From Macrostomum lignano (lineage: Eukaryota): DNA of 44,139 nt. Each line of letters opens with the position of its first letter. Position 1 is the stretch's first letter. A program made the translations under genes and the position numbers. The DNA lies in assembly GCA_002269645.1 (NCBI GenBank), contig NIVC01004495.1:1-44139 (forward strand), given 5' to 3'. The notes under the pieces are model-generated. The model ran no database searches. It saw nothing but the letters and a program-made list of their open reading frames with translations, and had not been told where the DNA came from. This document shows positions 1 through 11,625 of this stretch, in pieces.

Positions 1-12
1 AGTCATGCTTGG

Positions 13-167
13 GCGCAACCTAGGGATTCACCCGGCCATTTCTATTGGCAACACACACATATGTAAGTTGCTATTGGATGGAATAGTAGTCACGTGACTG
101 CTTCAGCCAATAGCAACTTACATGTGTGTGTTGCCAATAGAAATGGCGAGTGATTCCAAGGTTGCGC
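13..167. repeat. ~155-bp imperfect palindrome (MITE-like hairpin)
   Basis: Left arm gcgcaacc...ccatttctattggcaacacacacatatgtaagttgctattgg is the reverse complement of right arm ccaatagcaacttacatgtgtgtgttgccaatagaaatgg...ggttgcgc; the centre is agtcacgtgact. Confidence 0.8.
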
Positions 168-2702
168 ATGTATACTTCTAGCGGATAACAAAAATGCTTA
201 TTCAAAAAAAAGATATAACTAATTAGATGATAAGGCATTTAACCTTAATAAGACAATCAAAGTTACTCTTGTTATTAACCTAAAATTGCATTAATTTTTG
301 CTTTAAAGTTTCTTTCTTAGATAAATCATTTTTTAGTCAACAAGGTAAACTGCATAGCTAGGCCTAGTGTAAATCAAAAGGGTTGGTTGCACATGTATGA
401 TTAACAATTAATATAACTGAAATTTTGGCATTCCTTTGGTTTATGATCACCTTCTATTTAACCAATTTTGGTTTATGATCATTTTATATTTTGCTCAATT
501 GTACAGAGTGAAAATGGCGTGCATGTTTAAAACTAAAAAATTAAATAAAAACAAAAAATATGCAAAGTTGAAAGTGCATTTGTTGGATGATACTTATATA
601 TCAGCTTCAATATATAATCATTTCAATGTGTAATCCAAACATAAATATCATCAAATAGAAATAGAAATATCAGGTTCAGCTTCAGGCTTTTGCTCATTAG
701 TTTTTGAGCAAAAATTGTCACTGTGCTAATTAGGCAAAATGTATTACAAAAATGAAAATTTAGTCTTAGAGAACAAAAAAATTGTAACTTTTTTATTATA
801 TTTGAACAATTTTTAAAAATTTTATAAAGGTGTCATATTAGCCTACTCATCAATCATCATTATGGAAATAAATAAGACTTATCAAAAGAAAAACAAAAAC
901 AAAAAATAACTTTAAAAATCTCACTACCTACACTGCCACAGTGTACAGACTACAGTCCCTAGTTATAGTACAGCCTAGATGTTTAATTTTAATTATATTT
1001 ACATGAAGTAGGCCTACTATAATATTGATTAATCGATGCATTGGAATGCTGCAACTATATGACAAAGACGAAAGTGAAATCAAAGCTGAGGTCTTGAGGA
1101 TAATGAGACAAGCTTTGTTATTGGACAAAAGATTGACTGTATGGATGCACCTAGCCAGCAGGAAAAAAAATTGGTGGCTTAGGCTTTGAAATTCTAATTT
1201 TGAATGGCGTTTCTATGACTATAGCTATATAACAACGTAATTGTGATTCGCTGTCTGAACATTTAGCCAGCTATGCCTACGGGCCTACGCGGCTACGCGC
1301 GCGCGGGCCACGTGCAGTTTGTCGGATTTTTAAATGCATATCATTAGAATAAGTATAACGATTATAAAACTCTTGAATAGATATCCAAAAAAATGTATGT
1401 CTCACTGTTTTTTATTTTATCTATAGTTTGTATATAAACTACAGGGTATACTTTGATGTATTAGTAAAATTGAAGCATAGTTGAGTGTTTTTGTTTTTGA
1501 CTTTGACAGGAAGTAGATATTTTTAAGCGAAGGAAGGAATATGATAAGCTCTGCCTCTTGTATTCGATAGTCTAGTCAAAATAACCGAACGAAACCTATA
1601 AAATATTACTTGATTTTGAGTATCTTAAGCATTTTGTTTAGTCTAAGTTATTTTCGCTATAATTTTCTTCAGATAAACACGGCTTCCATGTCTGTGCACT
1701 GCTTTCTGAGAAAATAAATCTGAGAGTAAAAAATGGCAATTTTGATATAATTGTTTTATTAGCCTTCTTCAATAATAACTGCTTGCATTAGTTGCATTAG
1801 GGTAGCCATATTTTAAAGAATACTATAACAATATATTAGTTAAAACAATCTATAGTCTTCTTCATATATATAACTACAGTCAACAGAGAAAAAAGGGTCA
1901 GATTTATAGAAACTTGACCTATATTTACTCATGGCTCATGATCAGTATTAGCGTTCCATAATGGTTTATAAAATTGGATTTCCCTGCATACTCCTGGGTT
2001 TTCCTGCTTTGAATGTGTTGTTGTTTGATGTATGTTCATTGTTCATACTCGTACATCTGCAGATCTGCTCATAGTTTACCATATTAAGCCAAAGCCACTG
2101 GCAGATTTTATTGAGGTTGGAGCCTTTTTTCTTTGATAAACTCTGAATGGGCATTTTTTTGTTTCCTAGTAAAATTTTCTATGGAGATCATAAGGGTCTA
2201 ATATATAATATGCCAATAATAACTCAAACTAAACTAAGTGTGATATTTTTTGTTTTGTCTAATTTTGTCTAAAAATTTTGTCTAATTTTTATAGCTAAAA
2301 ATGAACTATAGGTTGACTAACCATAAACTTATTTATTAATTTGCCTTGAAGCTCAAATGGACTGAACAATAAATGGGAAATAAAAACCTAAGCAAGACTA
2401 AAGCTTAAGCTATCAACTTATTGAAAATTTATATTGACCAGACAGGTCAAATTTGGATCAAAATCAGTGCAGATACCAGTGCATTGCTTGGCGTGTATTT
2501 AACCAAAAATAGTATCTATAAGAATAAAACCACCACGAAAGAACTGAAAAGACAAATTATTTAATTGTTTTGATTGGGAGACATCATATCTAGAGTATTT
2601 ATTATTTATATTTATTTAGTTTCCAGTAAATCAAATTTTCATCTCACGCCAAATAGTCCACCGCATCACATCTTGCTGCTCTGACTGAATAGCACCAACA
2701 AC

Positions 2703-3484
2703 ATGCAACCAGCACCAAACTTTGGGGCCCGCCTGCCTCGGGACCTCGCCTTCCGTTGCGTGCTTGTCTGCACTGTGCTGGCCTGCATCCTGTACTTTGT
2801 GGCCTTCGTGACGCCCAACTGGATCGAGCTGAAGCCGGAGATGGAGAGCACCTTCCTCCGCCTCGGCCTGTGGACCGCCTGCTTCAAAGGCTACCTGCAC
2901 CCCGAGGACTATGTGTCCAAGGCCTACTACGGCTGCTGGTACATCTACTACCCGAGTACTACTACATCCGCAGCTGGCTGAACCCGCCCTGGTTCTACGC
3001 TGTGCAGATGCTGTCCATCCTCACCCTCATCTTCCTCATCATCGCCACAGTGATCGTCAGCCGCCTCGCCTGCCACCGCTACGTCTCCAAGCGGCGCATC
3101 GAGGAGCTGCCGGCCAATCTCAAGCAGCTCAAGCTGTGCGGCGCCATGCACCTGCTGGCCAGCTGCGCCATCCTCGTCCAGATCATCTTCGTGGGCCTGA
3201 ACAGCCTCGACCGGCGGTGGATGCCGCGGCCGGACTACAACCGGCTCGGCTTCTCCTACGCCTGCGCCTGCTTCGCCAACTTCGCCAGCTTCTTCGCGCT
3301 GGCCTTCACCGTCATCCGCTTTGTTGGAAAGTCCGAGGAGGAGCTGCTGTTCGCCGAGCAGCAGCAGCTCATTGGCGAGGACGACGCCGAGACTGCGGAC
3401 AAATTTGCGGCCGGGGCCTCCGGCATCGACAAGAAGTTCACCGCGGCCCGGCGGCCGGCCCCGCCCGAGGACAGCCTGGTGTAG
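2703..3484 (+). CDS. Claudin/PMP22-family four-TM protein (invertebrate septate-junction claudin-like), intronless CDS, apparent 1-bp frameshift at ~2951
   Basis: ORF 2703-2981 has TM1, W-x-E and the claudin signature GLWxxC...C. It joins ORF 2756-3484 at YIYY|PEYYYIRSWLNPPW if the ccc at 2951-2953 were cccc. Three more TM segments and an acidic tail follow. GC3 bias is strong. Confidence 0.85.
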
Positions 3485-3520
3485 CCTCAGGGATCTGCGC
3501 TGCGGCTGGCTTGGGTGACT

Positions 3521-3992
3521 TATGAAGTGACTCTACGGGGACTATGAAGTGACTCTACGGGGACTATGGAGTGACTCTACGGGGACTATGGAGTGACTCT
3601 ACGGGGACTAAGGAGTGACTCTACGGGGACTATGAAGTGACTCTACGGGGACTAAGGAGTGACTCTACGGGGACTATAGAGTGACTCTATGGGGACTAAG
3701 GAGTGACTCTACGGGGACTAAGGAGTGACTCTACGGGGACTATAGAGTGACTCTATGGGGACTAAGGAGTGACTCTACGGGACTAAGGAGTGACTCTACG
3801 GGGACTAAGGAGTGACTCTACGGGGACTATGGAGTGACTCTTGGAGGACTCTATGGGGACTCTTGAGTGACTCTATGGGGACTATAGAGTGACTCTATGG
3901 GGACTATAGAGTGACTCTATGGGGACTATAGAGTGACTCTATGGGGACTATAGAGTGACTCTATGGGGACTATGGAGTGACTGTGCGGGGAC
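3521..3992. repeat. 22-bp minisatellite (tatggagtgactctacggggac), ~21 copies, degenerating to ~4070
   Basis: Tandem units visible directly, starting ~35 bp after the claudin stop codon. Confidence 0.95.
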
Positions 3993-5634
3993 CCTAAGCC
4001 AGCTCAAATGTGACTTTCAAGTGACTCTGTGGGACTGTGGGGTAGCTCTGTGGTGACTATTGGGTGACTCCGGGGTGAATGTGGAGCTGTTTCATGTGGA
4101 CAACAGCTGTAAACTGTAGGGCGAATCTGGTGCTACTCTGCTGTAATTCATTAGTGAATTAACTTACTGACGCGCTGTCTGAATAGAAATTCAATGATAG
4201 GCTTATTCACTGATTCTCGAAGCCAGAGTGGTTTTACAAATTTTTACTCTCACTTCACTTCATAATAGCTCGTAGAATCTTTTCACTACGTTGAAAGACC
4301 TGCTGAATGCTGTTTCTATTCTACTGAAGGCTTGTTTTACATTTTACTTGTCATTCTGTCCTGCGGCGAACTTTTGTCGCCGTCTTGTGGCGTGTCGTCC
4401 GCGCTGCCAAGCCTGCTGCTGCGAATCTCCTTTGACCTCCTTGCAGCTGGCAGCGGCTGATGCCATGGCCTGCCGCACTTCCCCGCAAATCGCTGACCTG
4501 AGACCTGAGCAGCCTCAAGCTCGGGCACCGCAGATCTCAAGGGTTTGCTGTGCGCAGGCCGCACTCCATCTTCCAGGCCAGTTTTTTAGGCCAAATCAAA
4601 TCATTCGTTTGTGTCCTTTTTGTCCAATGTGCTTCCTTTGTGTTTTTTATTTGACACTTTTTAACCATTTTACTAATCAATTTTTATGCAACTAAGCTCT
4701 GCTCTATCCGTGCTACTGCTTGTACCGTAGATCTCAGTACTCACTGCTATGCATCATTACACTTTTTATTTAGTTTCGCTCACTAATATTGTTTGCTACC
4801 TGTAGTACCTGTGCTGAGCAGTTCCTCATGCCGGTCCCTTTGTGCTCCGATCTCTGGCGCTCCTCTGTGCGCGACCTCCAATCGAACAAAATTGCTGGCG
4901 AGCTGTGGGGCTGCCGAACTCTGTACAAAGCTTTGCTGCTCTCCTGTTTTAGCTTTTCATTTTGGAACTCGTTGCGTCTTCCATGTCACCGCACTGGCGG
5001 TCAAATACATTCTCCGCCTGTACCAACAGCTCTGTTGCGAATGTTTTATTTATTAATCATTTCTGATGTAAAATGCAGCCAGTGCAGATCAAATGCTTTT
5101 GCGAGTTTTCATTTTTTATCGAAAATCTTTGACATGGCATCAAATTTCGGGTCGCGTTCGGCCTAAGCAAAGCATTTCGCCTTGGTGAGTTTTTCTCGGC
5201 TTCATCATTCCCACATTGCTATAATGCATTCAATACATTTGAGAGAGACACGGATGTGGAACGAGTGCGGTGTACGAGGACTAATATTATTTACTGGAAT
5301 TCTGCTCTGAGCAAAAGCTAGCAACGTCCGTTTGGGGATGCGAGCGCTGCAGTTACTAAGCCGGAAACGAGTCCGAATTCTGCAAGGCTGGGGAAACTGC
5401 ATGTAAAGAATGAAGCTTAAGGTAAGCGAAAAAGCGTGGTGCCCACTTTTACATTTCAGCTTCTAAAAGTGAGTTGCTGCGACTGCAACGTGAACGAATT
5501 ATTGATTGCGAATTGTGAATTTTCATTGTGTAAGTCTAATGTGCAAGCTATTAGCATCGCAAATGTTTATTTATCGCAAACTGGATTGAAACGAATTAAT
5601 CCAGCCTGAGCTTAATTGATTCCGGCGCCCCTCA

Positions 5635-8600
5635 TCAGTATCCTGGCATGTCCAGTGGCTGCTTCCCGAGCCACATCACCCAGAGCAGCTCCACCAGCAG
5701 GACGAGCCCACCGCACACGTACAGGCCCAGGCAGATGATGTAGGCGCCTCCGACACCCTCCAGCGATATGGCCGCCGCCTGAGCAGCCGCGTTGCTGCCG
5801 CCGCAGTCGTTGCTCTGCGGGACGTACTTCCGAGTCACAACATCCACGACGCCGCTCTCCTTGCCGCGCTGAAGACTGCAGAGTTGGGAGGAGTCAGCTA
5901 CTTTAATGGTTTTGAGAATTCACAGGTTTTCGCTTTTCTGGCCTTCTTGGAGGTATCAGCCCCAATAAACCCCCGCTTTGCACTTCAGATCAAAGTTTTA
6001 ATTTCGGCGTATCATTCTCTGCAACGACACACTTCGCACAGAATGTGTACAGTTTGTTTGCATTGCATAAAAACCAGAAGGAATGCGGAATGAAGAAAAC
6101 GTACAGCAAGTCGAACGCCGGCAGGTAATAGGCATCTCTGGGAAACGTCATCGCCTGGTAGTAATAGTTAAAAAGGCTGGTGGCCTGGTACACCTGGCTG
6201 CAGAATGCGCTGGCATAGAACGAGTTGCTGCTCTTGTCCGAGATGCACACCATGTACGGGTCGGCGTCCTTAATCAGCAGCTGGAATGGTCGGCATCAAT
6301 GATATCTATAGCTAATTAGGACCCCATGCATTTTATACAACAGAACAGCCAACAAAGAACCAGGGCATCAGCTCACGGTTTCAGCGCAGGTAGTCATTGT
6401 GTCTACGACAACCATCTGCCTGCGCAGCAAAGCCATGGGTCCGTCAGTTGCCAGCATGATAGTCGCGTAGATGTTGGTGCCCCGGGCAACCATGGCCTTG
6501 TAGTGCGGCATGGAGACCAGGTCTTCCAAGCTTTGGATCGGGTACTCGGCCACCGTCACAGCCAGCTTGGCCGTGAGGTCCCCTGTCCGGTAAGAGAAAA
6601 ACAACAGTAAAATGACGCCGATAACTCACGGCTATCAAGACAAAACTTTGGGTTGTAGCCTACTAGGGGGTTATAGTCTAATGGCTAGAACATCGGACTC
6701 ACGACCGAAAGGTCAGGGGTTCGATTCTCGATCCACCCGGAACAATTTGTGTCCTTGAGCTAGACGCTTAACTCTGCAATGCTTCAGTTCACCCAGCTGT
6801 AAAATGGGTGCCAGCATTAGCTGGGGTAATTGAAAGTGTGTGGCAATCCCTCAGTCCTTGAACTGAACAGCTGTACTCAGCCTTCAGATGCGCCGCGCAA
6901 TAGCTGCGGCTGAGCTGTCGGTTGCACACCTGCCCAGGCAGGTGTAATCAATTAATATTACGTATTGAAAAGACAATGCAGACGTCAGCCTCACCTGTGT
7001 ATGCGCCATAGAGAATAACGGTGAGCATCCACCAGAAGGCCAGAACAGTGCGGGGGCTCATAGCGAAGGGATAGAAGTCCTGGCCCTGCTGCAGGAAGCT
7101 GCCAATCACTGACCAGATGTACTCCTTCAGCCACACCTCATCGGCAAACGCGTACGAGATGCGTAGATTCCACCCGGAGAACGGATTGCAGCTGGCGAGC
7201 ACAAACACGATGATGGGAACGAAGACGAGCATGCCGAGAATGAGCAGCCAGGAGTCCCAGGCCAGCGGCGTGAACACATTCCACAGCTTGGACTCTGATG
7301 GCGGCCGCTTCACCAGAATGGTGTTGGCGGAGAACATGTAGTCCTCTGAGTAGTCGATCACTTGGTAGCGAATGTTGGTGATGGCAAACGGCATGGCAAA
7401 CTCGGCTTCCTGGGAAGAAGGCAACGAGAACAGAGTTTCAGACTGTCAATTCGAGCAAACTGTACTTTATAACATAAATTATCATTAAGCAGGCGCTGTC
7501 CTCACTCCTCTCTGCAGCATGCCGATGCAACCGCTGAAGTAGGGCGATCCTTCGACCGGCGCTCCGAACTGGATATCCGGTGGGGAGAAAATGTCATACC
7601 TGCCGCAATGAAGGTCAATAAGTTTCTGTACTCTATAATGCAACGGAGAATGAGTTGAGGCTCAATGCAAATCTGATTCAGACATACGAAAAATTCAGAT
7701 GCGAGGCATAATAGTTGACCATATCCACCGAGTGGCCAGAAGCCGTGCCAAAGGTGTAGTTGCTGTACCTGGTGAAAGGCGGGAACTGGTTGGGAAAATG
7801 GGACTCGTTATTAGATAAGGTTTATTATTAAAATGTTACAACTACTTTATCACTAACATAAATAACGTCCCGAAATAATTATTTGTTACTTTTTCTTATC
7901 TGAAGAAACAAGCAATGCCCTTCATACCATTTTACGAGCGTAATCCCAATTTCTTATTATGAAGTAAAACATCAAGTCTTCAGCTATTCGTGACTAACCG
8001 GCGGCGCGCAGACCCGCAGTCGAGCTCCCTTGAAGTCCACGAAGGTGTTGGGAAACAGCAGCTCGCGCTCCTTGTACTCGAAGGTCACTACAAGGCTGCC
8101 GTTCTCGACGATAAACCGGCCGCTTGGCACGAGTTCCGCGACTGCGTCCGGGTTGCTGAGCAGGCCCAGCATCTCCAGGAAGTAGTCGCTCCGGTGCCCC
8201 GCACTTCCGTTGGCTGGGCTGAGCCGCTGCTATGAGGCATGCCAGGAAATATGGGGTTAAGCATTAATTACAAGAAGCCGTGCTTCTATTAGGGCAATTA
8301 AGCTTTGCTTTCTGTTCTCTGATTCAGCTATTAAGTATGCCGGTGTAAAGCAAACTCAACCACAAATTGCACATGTCGCTAAGAATCTGAGTCAGACAGG
8401 CAACTGAACTCCAACCTGCTTCAGCTGCGCAGCCACTGCGGGACCCGCCGACCACGGCTGCAGCGGCCGACACGACGCGTTGCTGGCGGTCAGGCCGAGG
8501 TCGGAGCTGTCCAGCAGGCTCTGTGTAGCTCTGGCGAATGACAGCACGGCCTCCAACGCCTTCAGCTCCAGCATCTGAGGGATGTTCAGGGTCTACTGCA

Positions 8601-9908
8601 GATAGATCGCCAGCGCCTAAGCTCCATCGCAGAAGAAGTTTGCAGGGAACGAGTTCCTCACCGAACGCTTGCTGAACTGGCAGTCCGGATACACGACTCC
8701 GAGATCTACAGAGCAGTCCATTTCTTTGAGAAGAACTGTCGACTCACGGATCAAGAGGATGTTCGCAGACTCATTCGCGGGGATCAGAGTCTCGATAGTT
8801 CTTGGCGAAATTCCTGTGTCAATCACAGTCCAGAAGTAGTTGATCTGCAGTGTGGCTGTGTTCCGAGCCTGGAATGACAACCAAATGATATTAAGCCCTA
8901 ATCGATTGCGCGAAAGAATTTGTACCTGAGCTCACCTGCTCGAAGACGAGTGGGATCTTGTCGGGCTCGCAGACGACCACACAGTATCGAATCTGAGCCT
9001 TGACGCTGTTTTGCAGGATTTGGGTCAAATTGGTGGCCCATTCGTCGAACTGAAACATCACGCTGGCGATTCTCTTCTCCGAGAGCAGTTGCTGAAGCTG
9101 CTCAAGCAGCAAGTGGTCTGCAATGACGAGTGTTAGCCACCATGGTTGAGGAAGGCATTGCTGTCAACTTACAGATGGAGCAGTAGTCTTGAGGAAGCCA
9201 TGCGCACCCTGTTGTCTGTCGTGAAGGACAGCGACCAGATTAGCGGAGACTCGGTCCATTGCTTCTGCGGTCGCCCTCAAGAAGTCGGTCGCCAGTGGAC
9301 TCGACACGATCGCTGAGTCTGTAAAGATATGCGATTCATTCTTGTCTGTGATGTAAGCAAGTGTGCGTCAGTAGATAGGTTGTGGTAATAAGGGTTTTAC
9401 CTGGCACACTGGGTAGCCGACAAAGGCCTCTGAGAACTGCGACTGTCGGTAATTGTAGGGAGCCAGAGATTTTGAGCACATCCGAGACGAACTGACAAGA
9501 GCCGACGACGACCAAGCCGTTGAGACCTGTCGATCGACACACTGAAGTTTCAGAAGAGATTTTCCGGGTAAGCAAGCAAGTCGTCGTTGAACCTAATCAG
9601 CTATTGATTGTCACCAAAGTACATAATTTTCTTTCTTAGAATTCTACAATAAATTTGTATCTCAAGCTGTTTTTACCTCTCTGCGCAGCCTCCACTGAGT
9701 CCGCAGTCGGCAGCAGCTCCAGCGACATCGGACTGGTCTTGAATGCCGGATACCTCCAGTTTCCGTTGACCAGCTTGTCCACCGCTGTGGTGATGATCGA
9801 ACTGTCCGCGAGACTTCCGGCTTCGCTCACAACAGCCAGGCGCACGGATGACCCGCTGCAGGCGTGCAGGGCCAGCAGGAGCAGCAGCGTTCGCAGCTCG
9901 TGCCACAT
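5635..9908 (-). CDS. IR-A: ionotropic glutamate receptor / Ionotropic Receptor-like subunit with ATD, 13 exons, ~830 aa, frame intact
   Basis: Exons traced by GT-AG with consistent phase: 9908-9677, 9541-9401, 9318-9208, 9117-8936, 8868-8662, 8574-8416, 8229-7999, 7785-7688, 7599-7506, 7409-6995, 6582-6377, 6280-6105, 5875-5635. Motifs: signal peptide, S1 PFAITNIRYQVIDYS, M1, pore SFLQQG, M3 FWWMLTVILYGAYTGDLTAKL, S2, M4 LEGVGGAYI. Confidence 0.92.
6666..6955 (+). mobile_element. tRNA-derived SINE, copy 1 (intron 10 of IR-A, antisense to host)
   Basis: tRNA-like head with A-box- and B-box-like motifs (ggttcgattc), central tgtgtccttgagc...cccagctgtaaaatgggt domain, and 3' tail gcaatagctgcggctgagctgtcggttgcac shared with the copies at 16052 and 21754. 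Confidence 0.85.
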
Positions 9909-10079
9909 GACTGACTTAAAGATCGCGTGTGTGAGAGCCGCGAGCCGCTGCCGGAGTGGGACACTGGAGCTATTTATTGAGATCTTACTGAACTGAATCC
10001 GGTTTTGGTATCAGATGTTTCCGATCGATCAGAGGCTGGTTATTCAACTGCAGTCTCATTAAGTAAAAATGGAAAGGTT
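7999..10079. repeat. ~2.08-kb block (IR-A exons 1-7, introns 1-6 and ~170 bp upstream) nearly identical to 22147-24214
   Basis: Direct comparison shows about 20 substitutions in the 1263 coding nt, with alignable introns and unrelated flanks. Confidence 0.95.
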
Positions 10080-10439
10080 ACCTTCAATCAGAATGTGATG
10101 CTGCATTGACTTGGCGATGGGGCAGCGCCCGGCTGGAATTTCAGCCAGTTTGCCACCTGAGCTGTCCAATTATCGATAATGGGCTTTGCGCTTTGCCTTT
10201 TTTTGCAATATCTGCCGATGCACTAATGAAATTAGATATCCATCGCAAAGTAATAGTTAACCTATTAATCATTGGGGAGTCAACAAAAACAGAAATAAAA
10301 TGTTTGAAAGAACTTCAAGTAGGATATGACCTTGTTGATTAACCAGTGTTAAGTACGAGCTACCAAGGGGCAAACGATTTTGAATGCAAAAAGCACCAGC
10401 TATCTAGCCTAAGATATCAGATCCTTTGTGAGCTTTGGT

Positions 10440-11000
10440 TCATATAATCTGAGCAACACAAGTCACAATTTCAGCGATTCTCGCCTTGACATCTCAGCAA
10501 TTCTCCAATGAGCCACAGCATTCAGCAATCACCCACGAGCCTTTAATCTTAAGCACTCCCCTGTAAGAGCTTTGACATCTAAGCAAACCCCCATGAATCT
10601 TTTATGGTTGACAGGGGCGATTATTTCATAATTGAACCAATAATCCTAGCCCTAACCCTGCCGAGTTTCAACAATTCCCCTGAGCCTAAGAATTTCACCA
10701 ATTTGCCCTTGAGCTTTTGAAATCTTAGCGATTCCACACATGAGCCTTAACAACTCAGCATTTCACTCCCAACCCCTATGAGCTCGGGCATGTTGGCAAT
10801 TTCATATGATTCTTTTATGGTTGAACCCTAACGTAAACCTATGACTAACCCTGCCGAGTCACAGCATTTCGGCAATTCTCACCATGAACCACAGCATTTC
10901 AACAGTTACCCAATGAACCTTGACATTTCATGAATTCCCTCTGAGTCCCCAAGAATTCAGCAATTCGACTATGAACGTTTGACACCTTAGCGATTCCCTC
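10440..11000. repeat. Degenerate ~30-bp tandem repeat region (tgagccttgacatctcagcaattcccc-like); related units recur at ~12290-12370
   Basis: Recurrent gagcc(t)t.../cagcaatt(c)cc motifs; ttttatggttga...ctaaccctgccgagt is present twice. Confidence 0.55.
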
Positions 11001-11029
11001 CATGTTCGAAATGCCGCATTCCACAATCT

Positions 11030-11625
11030 CCAGGTGGATGATACTTTTCAAGACCTGAGCAGTTGCAGTACGTTAGGCACATGGTTGATGCCTATTTGAT
11101 TTGAGCCCAGAAAGAGGATCGCATGTCCAAGCAGTTCGAAAACTTCTTCGACGGTGGGAAGACAGCAGAATTGCTTAAATACAATAGTTTGATTTCCGTA
11201 GCACGCAATCTGCACATAGTGTACGCAGTATTTTGGACTTTATTTGTCGGCCGATGGATACTGACTGCATTGATCCAGAGATTGTGAAACAATCAGCGGC
11301 TTTCCAAAGCCTAGAAATATCACGGATCTTTGAGTAATAGTTGGTCTTGTGATCCAAGTTGGAACTTTTACTCCAGAAATAGCCGGAGTAACAGGCCATC
11401 AGAGAGAATGTTTAAATGGGGCCAAGAACAGCTAGACTCCTTTGAGAAGGCCCTAAATCGCCTTGCAAACACGCCTAAACTAATCTACCATGATCAGTAC
11501 ACACAGCCTCGCACACAGATGCATCGCGTCCTAAGGGAATCGGCTTCCTGCTCAGGCAGAAGGCCGACAGAAGTTAGGGCCTGGTTCAGACAGGATCCAG
11601 ATTCCTGTCTTGCTACTGCACGATT
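11030..11625 (+). mobile_element. Decayed Ty3/Gypsy pol fragment (end of RT, connection domain, start of RNase H)
   Basis: Across stops and frameshifts: FGLYLSADGY...ISGFPKPRNITDL*VIVGLV, FKWGQEQLDSFEKALNRLANTPKLIYHD, HTDASRPKGIGFLLRQ...LVQTGSRFLS. These are typical Gypsy RT/RNase H motifs. Confidence 0.75.

Noticed and set aside
2631-3525. Overlapping alternative-frame and antisense ORFs over the claudin gene (and similar ones over IR exons)
   Set aside because: They are shadow ORFs caused by high GC3 codon bias.
4291-5402. Extra 3' exons of IR-A or a small gene in the GC-richer patches at 4360-4580, 4800-4945 and 5205-5400
   Set aside because: Plausible splice sites exist, but there is no recognisable protein, and IR-A ends at the stop conserved in all paralogs. 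RNA-seq would be needed.
6560-6582. Lurcher-like constitutive-opening mutation in the gate
   Set aside because: The Thr in YTGDLTAK aligns to position 7 of SYTANLAAF; the Lurcher site is position 8, which is still Ala in A-D (Ser in E).
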